NCBI RefSeq assembly: GCF_018977255.1
Contig: NW_024704742.1
Coordinates: 61,134,001 to 61,198,000 of the forward strand
Length of the DNA stretch: 64,000 nucleotides
From: Callorhinchus milii
Lineage: Eukaryota
Direction: 5' to 3'
Made by a program: the position numbers and the translations under genes. Shown piece by piece: positions 51,762-62,514 of this stretch. Each line of letters starts with the position of its first letter. Position 1 is the first letter of the stretch. The notes under the pieces were generated by a model. The model was not told where the DNA came from, made no database searches, and worked only from the letters and a program-made list of their open reading frames with translations.

Positions 51762-53334
51762 GCTCTCGTCTTATGAATTTATAAGTGCCCCACGACGACA
51801 TCCCTAATTATAGACTCTAGAATTTTCCCTACCACCAATGTCAGGCTAATTGGTCTATAGTTCCCCATTTTTCTCTCCCGCCCTTCTGAAATAGCAGAGT
51901 TACGTTTGTGATCTTGAAATCAACAGGAACCGTTCCCGAACCCAGGGAATTCTGGAAGATCAAAAACAATGCATCCACTATTTCTGCAGCCACCTCTTTA
52001 AAAACCCTAGGATGCAGGCCATCAGCTCCAGGGGATTTATCAGTTTTTAGTCCCATCAATTTTTCTAGTACTATTACTTTACTGATATTAATTTTTTTAA
52101 GTTCCTCAGTAACATTAGTCTCTTGGTTCCCCACTATTTCTGGTAAGTTTTTAGTATCTTTCAACGTGAAGACAGAAGCAAAGTATTTGTTTAGTGACTG
52201 CCATTTCTTTATTCCCCATTATAATTTCTCCTGTCTCTAAATGTAACATATACTTTTGTTAATCTTTTCCTATTTATACACTTATAAAAGTTCTTGCAAT
52301 ATGTCATTATATCTCTAGCTAATTTACACTCATATTCAATTTTCTCCTTCTTAATCAGTTTCTTGGTTTTACTTTGCTGATCTCTAAAGCCCTCACAATC
52401 CTCAGGTTTACAGCTCTTTTTGCCAATATTATAGGCCTCTTTTAATTTTATACTTTCCTTAACTTCTCTATTTAGCCATGGTTGAACCACTTTTCTCATG
52501 GAATTTTTATTTCTCAAGGCTATATGCGTTCGCTGGGAATTATCTAATATATCTTTGAACATTTGCCATTGCTTGTCTACCGTCATATCTTTTAATCTAC
52601 TTTCCCAGTCTATTTTAGGCAAATCGTCCCTCATACCTGCAAAGTTGGCTTTATTTAAGTTTAAGACCCTTGCTTCAGACTTAACTACATCACTCTCAAA
52701 CTTAATATTAAATTCCATCATATTATGGTCACTCTGCCCTAGAGGAGCTTTAACTTCAAGATTACTGATTAGCCCTGCTCCATTACACAATACAAAATCT
52801 AGGATAATTTGTTCCCTCGTTGGTTCCTCAGCACACTGTTCTAGAAAACTATCTCTAATGCATTCCATAAACTCATCCTTTAATTTACTCTTGCCAATTT
52901 GATTTTTCCAGTTCTATATGAAGGTTAAAATCGCCCACTATTATTGCGTTACTTTTGTTACATGCTTCTCTAATTTCCTGATTAATACTCTGCCCAATAC
53001 TGTAACTGCTGTTCGGGGGTCAATAAACTGCTCCCACTAGTGTTTTCTGCCCCTTGTTGTTTCTTAGCTCCACTCATACCTGATTTTCAGGCTTAAGATC
53101 CTTCCTCTCTACTGCTTTTATCTCATCCTTTAATAACGGGGCTATTCCCCCCACCTCGTTTTCCATATTGCCTATCTTTCCTATGCGTCAGATACCCTGG
53201 AATGTTTAGCTCTCAACCTTGGTCTCCCTTCTTCTGTGCTGTAAGGGTCTATGTTTCTATAGTGTCTAGCTGGATAGTGTACTCATTAGAAATGCTAAAT
53301 AAAACAGGTTTTGCTTTCATTCTGAATAATGATG

Positions 53335-53500
53335 ATAATAATCCATGTATCTGCTATAGAGCATTACTACATCAGTGAGACGTCTCAACGCGCTTCACAG
53401 AATACACTCTAAAGTGAATTGTCTATTTTGTGGGCAAAACGAGGCAGCCAATTGAACACAGCAGTATCCCACAAGCAGTCCTGGATTGAGTGACCACATT
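53335..53500 (-). mobile_element. SINE 3' half (older)
   Basis: GAGACGTCTCAACGCGCTTCACAGAATACACTCTAAAGTGAATTG...GCAGCCAATTG. Confidence 0.8.
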
Positions 53501-53560
53501 TTAAAAAATCATTTAAAAGGTTTCACACTGGATGGTTCAGGAGGTGCCAATCAAGGCTTT

Positions 53561-53860
53561 AGCACTCGCTTTGCAAGCGAGAGACCTGAGTTCAATTCCA
53601 GGCAGGGTGAAACCTTGGGCAAGTTTCCTTACTCCACACGCCTAATAATAATCCCTCCAAAACCAAAAATAATAATAAATTGGTCATTTTCAATCTACGA
53701 CTGTTTGTGGGACATTGCTGTTGCAATTGGCTGCCGCGTTTGGCCACAAATATACAGTCAATTCACTTTACAGTGTGTTCTGTGCAGCGCTTTGGGACGT
53801 CCTCCCGACGTGAAAAGCGCTATAAGAAATGCAAGGATTATTATTATTATATTATTATTA
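53561..53860 (+). mobile_element. Young tRNA-Ala SINE (short variant), A box missing
   Basis: AGCACTCGCTTTGCAAGCGAGAGACCTGAGTTCAATTCC...AGCGCTTTGGGACGTCCTCCCGACGTGAAAAGCGCT...(ATT)n. Confidence 0.95.
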
Positions 53861-56800
53861 CAGATTTCAGGCTAGGACCCTGGTATACGCTCCATGGCCT
53901 GATTTTTTTTTTACCATGACAGTGTTTCGGGCACTGGAGAGTGTCACTAGGTGCTGGGAGGAAAATTACTTAGATTTCCCACTCACGATCACTATTCAGA
54001 AATGCTGGAAGGGCTGGAGATTCCCTGTGATGTCCAACTCTCACTCCAGAGCAGAGGTTGTCACTATGGAACGCACCTCCCTGGGGTCAGTTGTATGGCT
54101 CCCAAAAATCCCGGGTCTCATAGGACTGGCCCCACGTCCCAGCAAAGTTGCTACCCCTGCAACCAAACCCCACGACAACATTCCCACCACAATTGAACCC
54201 CTGTTTGGACATCAAGACGGATTGAGAGGGGTGTGGTTCAATGGCTGGCCCTGATCTGAATTAAACCACCAATCAGAGTGCAAGGAGGGAGTGGGGATGG
54301 ATTAGTTGCTCTGATTGACATGTTCGGCAACTAATGGCAGTCGCCTGAACGATGATATTCTCTAATGGAGGAGGGGCTCTGTTCACCATATATCAATTTA
54401 GTACTGGTCATCTTGCAAAATATAGGATTTTCAATTCTCTGTGTTGTCTTAGTAAACTTTTTCTTAGTTTAGGAAGGTTGATTATGACAATGTTTGAGAA
54501 TCCAGGGCGAATAAGGTATCAACAATGGTCGTTTGGTTTAGTTACCCGAGACTGCCCAGCACCAATGGAACTTTATCCCAGTAGAAGGAAGTTTTTTTTC
54601 CTTAAAGAGGAAAAAAATGGGCAAAATGAAAATGTTAAACCAACAGTTCACTTTAATTTAATTGAGTAATGTCACAAGTTTTGTCTTATGTTGCGAAGTT
54701 TTGAGGTTTATGGCATTGGGCAACAATTGTGATCACCGATGTGCCTTTTCACACACAGCTCCTGATTGTAAATTGTTCACATGGAAAAGAATGGCTTTTA
54801 TGCCTGGGAACTAGTCTTGGGAACAACAATGACATTGTGGCCTCAGAATGATCTCTGGCCTACAACATTATTGTAGGAGGCCGGTCCGAAAAGCGGCATG
54901 ACCTTGTGCTTACCAGATAGATAAAAGGGGCACAATTTAGTATGTGACACAAGGGCATTACTTTGGTCTAAAGATCTTGACCTTCATCAATTTGAGGCTC
55001 TTCATTTGTTTACACACTTTATTCTGCGTAAACTTAAACCAACTTTGTCAACTGATTTCCTTTATACATTAGCAGATTTTCAAAGTTAATTTTTGTGATA
55101 ATTTTGCAAGCACACATAATAATAATCCTTGCATTTGATATAAATGATATTTGAGCCATTCAGGTCAGAAGGACACCTTAAAGAGCTTCACAGGATTTAC
55201 TGTGAAGTGTAGTGACTATTTTGTGGACGAAATTCCAAACAGCAGTTGCCAAACAAATAGTTCAGTAATTTTAGTAATAGTTATTTTTAGCCCTGCATTC
55301 AGTTCAGAGAGAGAATATTTGCCTTTGATACAGCACCTTATCATACTGAAACATCTCAATGTTCTTTCTGTAAATTGTAATGATTGCATTTGGAGGCAAA
55401 CTTTCCGTTTTCCTGTTTTACAGCTGTAAGGGTGAACACTGTGATGTTGTGCCATCGACTGGTAATTATTCTGACTGACTTTGTATGAATAACCAGTGAT
55501 TGCTAACTCTGTATGAATAAACTTCTGATTTTCATGCATACGGTAAAGCCCAGAGATGCATGAAGTAGCCATTTGAACCATCCACTGAACCTTGCCATCC
55601 CAAAAGAACTTCTGACAAGTTGTGACTATATCCTACCTCTAAAGCATTGACATGATTTACTGAAGTACTCCCAGTGTGTCCCAATATTGATCTGTGGTAA
55701 GACTGTAATATGACAATTTGAGAACATCAGTCCTTCCTCTATCAAAATGATTTCAGTGGATCTAATCTGATAACCCTGAACTGTTCTCATTTGCTAGAAC
55801 TTGTTTAGTTTTGCATCCCTTTATAGTTTCACTGCACTGCTGTATTTGTGGTAGTTGCTTTGAAACTCTCTGCTGCAGTTTAGACCTTGGCAACTCTTCA
55901 GTTTAATTGGAACCAACTTACGATGCTTCAGTTTGTTTGTGGAGATCTGAAATGAGTGATTGGGGAAGGATGGGCAGCCACCAAAAGTGTAACCACCCTT
56001 AATTGCCAGTGACCCATTTTGTGGTCACTACCACTCCAATGTTCCGGCAGGTTAACAGTTTTCCATATGTTGTGTAGCAATATGGGATGGAAAATATTAG
56101 TCTTTCCCCTAGTAGCTTGTTAGCTGTATGTCATTGACAGCATGCAGCTTGTTCGTGTTAATTTCATTTTTACTTTTAAAGCTTGCAAGCCATGGTGCCC
56201 ATGTTGACTGTGTGTGTACAACTGAAGATTCTCTGGCAGGCGTCAGACTGCTCGAAAGTGGCCCTTCACTCCTGTGACGCACAGGAAGCTAATGCCCTTT
56301 CTCACTGGCTTCTGTGTAATGTAAAAGGTGTCATAGAGCTGCTAAGTGTGGGTGTTCCAGCGTGCCATGCCTCGGTAATAGGAAGCCAGTTCATGAACAA
56401 CTATTGTCTGCACAGCAAGCTTGCAATCTTAGCTTTGCCATTGGGTTAGCACCAGATGGTGGTTAGATGCTTCGCCATCAGAAGAAAGGGAACATTCTGT
56501 CACCTCCTAGTGTCATTGGCAAAGGCTTTGCTAGCAGATTGCCTGCTCTGCTTCTGTCAGGAAAGAATATGCAACACTAGGAAATGTGGCTGAGGAAAGG
56601 AAAAATGGAACAAAGGAAAAGAGAAAACGTACATTTTTTTAAAAAAAAGAGACAACAGTGCTTTAATCTGGATCTCTGTGAATAAGAGTAAAGGGTTCCT
56701 CTGAGGTTACATGCATGTTGAGTGAGAATTTTGGAACTGGTGCACGTTGGATTGCCTATGTGTCATTTATAAATGACATGGCTCACAAAAATCCATTTTG

Positions 56801-58032
56801 TTGCTGAGAGGCACCAAAAGAGAAACATTGACTTTCCTTGATGACCAACTGTAACATACAACAGCAGAAAAAAACACAGAATGGAGTAACCTGAACATCT
56901 GACCGCTGTAAACCAGGCTACTTTCTACTTATCTTGGGGCACCTTGCAGCACCATTAGAACATGGTTTCCTAGAATTGAGGATGCACATCTCCAAGTCTG
57001 TTATACATCTCCATCACATCTCCATTCACATCTCCAAGTCTGATTTATTTTTGGATTAATACTTACAGGGTGATTCCCCCATCACAGGAGTTTTTCAGGT
57101 CCATAAAATTAGATTCTGGGTTAAGACTGTACTGTGAAGATAAAATGGCCCCAGTCCAGTTTCTGGGTTGCCAAATGAACGCTGACATCACTTTTGGGCT
57201 TCTCACATGGACTTCCTGCAGTGCTGGTCAGCACAGCCATTCTTGCGATCATGCTTTGCATTAAAGACAAAAAAATTAGGAGCTGAATGGACCCCCCCAG
57301 GATTCAAATCCAGCACATTTTGGTCCCAAGTCTGGCATTGAACCAACTGGACTGCTTGTGATGTTTGGTGGAAGTAAGTGTAATAAACAGAGTTATAACT
57401 TGCAACTTTTGTTATTAAACAAAAAGGCTTTATCAAATTATTGATCGGAAATAAAGTGAATATTGACCAGGCAAACATGGCAGCTAAACTGCTCCAGCCA
57501 TGTCCCTTGAGCAATCAGAAGAGCAGTCAACTAATTTGAAATTTAGGGGTAAATTTGGATAAGGATGGGGAAAATAAACTAATAACCAGGAAAACACTCC
57601 ACGTTTGTTTGAAATAGCAATTGCAGGACTAAACTGAATCACAAGACGGACTGAACTTAAAATTAATAACATGAACAAAGCATGGGATGGTTGATCTGGA
57701 AGTAAATAATTGTGTGTGATGTAGAATTTGTAGGCAAATAGGATACACTGCTCCGTAAAATGAAAGAAAATTACAGCACAGAAACAGACTATTTGGCCCA
57801 ATCAAATCTGTGCTACTTTGCTTTATTGCATACTAGCTGTACTCGTTGCAGCTTCGCTTGGGACCAAAGGATCCAATATGGAATGTAGATTGACACACAG
57901 ACAGACATTTCATATTTATACTAATCTGGGAGGACTCAGTGGGAGGACTCGGCGCTTTAAAAATGTAATATTGTTGTTGTTGCTGCAACTTAGCTTTGTC
58001 TGTGTTCTTTATTTGGTTCCCGCCGCTTGGCT

Positions 58033-58186
58033 AGGTGTGAGCTCTGTGACGCAGGATACCACAGCGCCACGGTCAGCCGGTGCGGCCACCAGGTGTAACT
58101 GCAGTGTGTGTGTACATACATAGGTGCTCTGTGACACACGATGCCACAGCAGCATTTTGACTCGACGGCCACCAGGTGTAACTGCA
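58033..58186 (+). repeat. Two-unit diverged tandem duplication (~83-85 bp period) with a perfectly conserved 21-mer
   Basis: CGGCCACCAGGTGTAACTGCA at 58083-58103 and 58166-58186; GCTCTGTGAC at 58041 and 58126. Confidence 0.85.
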
Positions 58187-58383
58187 AAGAAAAATGCAAA
58201 ACTGACAATAACTCATGAATGATAGGAGATACCTGAAAACAAATATGCCCATAACACTCCCATGTGCAAGTCCTTTCCGATGAGGTTTTATCATGTCTGT
58301 ACATCAATCAGTTATTGAGATCCTTCTTGAAGCGCAGACAGACATTGTCTTTTTATTAATTTAGATAGATGAGCCAATCTAGG

Positions 58384-58813
58384 TTGGCTTAGTTGGTAAC
58401 ACTCTCACCTCTGAGTCAGAAGTATTGTGATTCAAGCCTAAATGTCAGGACTTTGAGCTCATGTATCAATGAAATTGACACGCTAAAACAGTCTTGAGGG
58501 AGCGTTGTAATATCAGAGGTGCCACCCTTAGTTGAGATATTAAGCTGAGGTCCTGGGTACCTGTGCAGTTGGAAGTTAAAAATCCTATTTGAAAAGAGAA
58601 GGTAGTTTCTCCCGGTGTCCTGACCAACAATCCCCCAAATAAAATTGGCTGTTCACTTCATGGCTGTTCATGGGATATTGCTCTGTGCAGATTTGTTGCT
58701 GGGTTCGTCTACAAAATAGTCACTGCAATTTACAGTAAATCATGTGAAGCGCCTTTGGATGTTTCAATGATATAAGGTGATCTATCGAATGTAAGAATGA
58801 TTATTATAATAAT
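58384..58813 (+). mobile_element. Deu-domain SINE, full length, followed by an L2 tail (58828-58892)
   Basis: TGGCTTAGTTGGTAACACTCTCACCTCTGAGTCAGAAG head; GAGGGAGCGTTG...AGAGGTGCCACC core; TGTGAAGCGCCTTTGGATG tail. Confidence 0.85.
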
Positions 58814-60334
58814 ATAAGGGAGAACGTCCCAGCACCTTGGGACATCCTCCCGACGTGAAAGGCACAAGACAAATATAATTTTGTTGTTGTTTTGTATAGT
58901 ATCTCCTCTCAATCTTCTGCTTGCTTCCCTCTTTATAATGTTCTTTCTCAAGTATTATTTTGGAGTCATCAATCCAATTCCCATTTGAAAGGGGCTGTGT
59001 TGAACTCAAGGGAATATGGAATCCCTTTACAGGCACCAAGGCTTTCCATAGAATATTATAAACACGATTCATTTCAGAAAACTGAAGGGTTAGTATACTG
59101 GTTGTTGCAGGAACCATGGATTCAGCATTTGAATGAGAACGGCCTGTTGGCACTCATGGAACCTTACCACATCTGGATGTGTTAATCTTGAACCTTAATT
59201 TCTACAACTAATGGTTCCTTTGTGAAAACAGCAATGGGTGACATTTCTAAGTGCTGAGCATAAACCTCTGTGTTATTCTTCCTATTAATGAACTGTTTTA
59301 CTGAAGTCATTGGTTCACAATTGATGACAGGAGCAATCGGTGTCAAGTATTTATATTTCCCTCTAGAGAAGCCAAGGAAACCACTTATTGAGGTGGGCCT
59401 GAGCTGCTCCCTTTACATCACTGCACCACTGCTAAGCACCTGGCTGCAATGCAATGAGTACTTTGGGTTTCCAAAGCGATGTTGGATTCAGCATGTTAGC
59501 ATGCAAATCCAGTCTTTTTTGTAATGCCACAGTAGATGCAGCGTGACCATCTATGGGAGGTGAATTAGCTTACTCATTTGAAGTGATGAGATGACTGAAA
59601 CAAGCTGGGCTAATAATACTATCCACCGATATTGCCATCTCCTTAGCACTTTGCTTCTTCAAGACTATTTCTCAGATTTATGTTGTCAGAATTCTTGGTT
59701 TACTGTTTTTTTGTTAAACAAAAGTAACAAATACATATTCTACGATGAGACTGCTTTTCATTTTTAAAAGGTGGTAATGATGCCACCTTTAGAAAGACTT
59801 CAACTGTTTATTTTGACGTTTATGTTAAGAAGGCAAAATTGTTAACTTATTTTGTTTATCTCGGTGTCCAATACACGCAGAAACCCATCATCTGACTTAT
59901 GAGAGCACTCCCTGATAAGTCTCCTGCTGTTTATTCAGCTGGGATCATCCCATATGTTAGGTTTAGGCTTGCAGGCTTAATAAGTACCGATTTGATAGTG
60001 TGGCACTTAGGCAATAGCAGCTTGCCTCTCTGCACACCAATTAAAGTGGATATCAAGCTCTGGATATATGAACGTGTTCACAAACCTGGTTTCCAGTTAA
60101 ATCTTCCAGCAGCTGTTGGCCCAAATTTGGGTTTCCTCATCAGCTATTTGATGGACATCTTCCTTCAGCAGGATTGGAGGACCTATACTGCACAATGTGT
60201 CAGGCATCTTGATCTATAAGTCCAATGTCACTTGCTCAATGCAAACTGCTTAATTCAGATCCTTGAGAGACTTATATTGACCCTTGTTTAGGACTCTCTT
60301 TCACGTTATCTAGGGAGCTCAAAATACTCAAGAA

Positions 60335-60665
60335 TTGTAGAAATGTGTGACATAGGAGAAATCCATTAGCCCCTCAGTTTTGTGTATGTGCTTGTTCCTG
60401 CAAGTAGCGACAATCCAAATCCTGATTCTCTTCTTTCTCTGTACCCTCTAATACCCTTCTGCTTCATGCACTAGTCTAATTCTGTTTGTTTAAATTGCCT
60501 AATTTCACTGGCAAATTATCCCATTTCCTGATGACTCTCTGGCAGAAGTTCTTCCAAATATCTCCTTTTATTTCCCTGGTAACAATGTTGAATTCACATC
60601 CTCTTATCCTCGAATCCCCTGCCAGCGGAAGAGTATTTCCCGATTAAGTCTCTGAAACCCTTTCA
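60335..60665 (-). mobile_element. Old CR1 3' end
   Basis: ATAGGAGAAATCCATTAGCCCCTC...CTCTGTACCCTC...GACTCTCTGGCAGAAGTTCTTCC...CATCCTCTT, a decayed reverse CR1 tail. Confidence 0.55.
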
Positions 60666-61049
60666 TTGTCTGATGTGCTGGCTGAACATTTGCTCTATCT
60701 GTTTCTGGTGTGAAACTTGTCCAATTACAGCCTCAACCTGTGGTGTTGAAACCCACTTGATTTACATTTTCTGGAAACCGCTGTTAAATAACTAATTTTC
60801 CAGAACTGTATTAATTTACGGATCATTGGCGTTCTCAATGGATCACTAACTGATTTGCATAATGAGGCCTTTGTGTATCAACTGGTCACTATTGATAAAT
60901 TTAGTGTGGAATTCATCCTGTTTTTGCATCTTTCTTGTTCTCTCTCTCGCTCCCTCACTTCTCCATCCAGCCCCATCCCCACATGATAATGATCCCTATG
61001 AAAAACAACCCTATACTACATTAGTATGTTAGTAACAGTCCTCAGTAAG

Positions 61050-61368
61050 TAATAATAATAATAATCCTTGCATTTCATATAGTGCTTTTCATGTCTTCTA
61101 GATGTTTCAAAGCGCTTCACAAGATATACTGTAAAGTGAATTGACTGTATATTTGTGGGCGAAACGCGGCAGCCGATTGCGCACAGCAGTGTCCCACATA
61201 TAGTCGTGGATTGAAGTGACCAAATTGTTATTGCTTTTTTTTCTTGAGGGATTATTATCAGGTGTGTGAAGTAAGGAAACTTACCCAAGGTTTTACCCTG
61301 CCGGGAATCAAACCTAAGTCTCTCGCTTGCAAAGCTAGTGCTCTAACCACTAAGCTACAGGACTCCAC
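61050..61368 (-). mobile_element. Full-length tRNA-Ala SINE (short variant, old-type loop)
   Basis: Ends on + with GTGCTCTAACCACTAAGCTACAGGACTCCA; tail CATGTCTTCTAGATGTTTCAAAGCGCTTCACA. Confidence 0.93.
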
Positions 61369-62288
61369 ATGCATACTGTGGATTACTGTCTAAATGCATG
61401 CAGGCCAGGAGAATGGATGAGGATGGCCCATTCCACGCCAGTGTCTGCCATCTAACGCTCGAGGGATGTGATAGATTATGGCTGAAGCAGCTTCACAAGA
61501 TGCTGCCTGAGCCTGACCTCCATTGTTAACACCAGGAACACAGGCTCCTGTGTTGTTCAGGCATCTGCAGAGAATACTAATGCTGAAACCTCACACACAC
61601 ACACACACAGCTTTTTCTGTCTGTGGTACTCTCCCACAGTGTTGTCACCTGGAACTCTGACCCCTGTGTACAGATCAAGTGAAAGTTAACCATCGGTTGG
61701 GGAACCCGCACCCTAAACTGTGGGAAATTGACATCTTGCCCAAAGGCAAATACTTTCAATTTTAATATATGTCCTGCAACAACTGGTTAAATTTTGTGAA
61801 ACATTTACACTTAGAATTATAGAAATTACACATTGAAAGAGGGTGTTTGTCCCATGGAGGCTCTGCTGGTGTGCTCACCCATGTTCACAGCGGCCTGTTA
61901 TTAATCCTCATAACCCTGTTATTAATCCAGCAAGTAATGTAGATAGAATTGCCAATGAAATAGTACCCTCCTTGGCCTACATCAGTCCTAAGGAAAATGA
62001 ATGTTGCACACACTCTTAAATATTGCCACATGTCTCATCGGGTTCATCGAAAGGAATTGGAGTGTTAGACCTGTTATTTTTGAGCAGGGATTCTTCCCAT
62101 TCAGCTCCTCTTAACCCTGCAAGCTACAGCCCTAATAGATATGTATGGTGTCCAAGCTGGACAAGCACAATTTTGCCAGAGAATGCTCTCAGTGCTGAGC
62201 TATACAGTGTCAGCTGGTTAGACTCCAGCAGTACATCAACGCACACTCTGCGAACTCCAAGTTTTGCTTATAATTACCCAGCAACAAC

Positions 62289-62514
62289 AATAATAATCCC
62301 TGCATTTGATATAGCGCTTTTCATGTCGGGAGGACGTCCCAAAGCGCTTCACAGAACACACTGTAAAGTGAATTGACTATATATTTGTGGGCGAACGCGG
62401 CAGCCAATTGCACACAGCAATGTCCCACAAACAATCGTAGATTGAAAAATGACCAATTTTATTATTGTTTTTGGTTTTTGGAGGGATTATTATTAGGCGT
62501 GTGGAGTAAGGAAA
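62289..62514 (-). mobile_element. Young tRNA-Ala SINE (short variant), head missing, abutting an L2 tail (62515-62584, -)
   Basis: Near-identical to 11085-11320. Confidence 0.92.

Larger units (their letters stand above)
47807..51770 (-). mobile_element. Apparently full-length L2 LINE (family B 3' end), APE + RT, no recognisable ORF1; decayed
   Basis: LDILGFTETWL (~51000-51030), IMGDFNLH (~50690), [60 protein letters not shown]; (AAC)n tail at 47805; flanked by TTATGACTTTCTAA (47793-47806) / TTATGAATTTATAA (51771-51784). Confidence 0.9.
46489..53226 (-). mobile_element. CR1 LINE ORF2 (APE + RT + 3' tail), 5'-truncated, split into 46489-47806 and 51771-53226 by an L2 insertion
   Basis: ELNIPGY..RKDR; IVGDFN; LGQSDHNM; KSPGADGLHPRV; SQHGFM..CLTNLLEFFDDV; YLDFWKAFNKVPH; PQGSVLG; KFSDDTKLGG; YEERLNKLGLYSL; tail CCTACTCCTGCTCCTATTTCTTATATTCTTATGTTCTT. 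Confidence 0.95.

Noticed and set aside
52209..52868. Longest ORF in the track (219 aa) and other >140-aa ORFs at 46586, 48791, 49632, 50967 and 6379
   Set aside because: All are fragments or alternative frames of decayed CR1/L2 ORF2 with stops and frameshifts; not host genes.
56986..57042. Repeated CACATCTCCA(AGTCTG) units; similar micro-duplications at 1614-1630, 8061-8082 and 61894-61929
   Set aside because: Ordinary slippage duplications with no unique spacers or regular period; not CRISPR-like.
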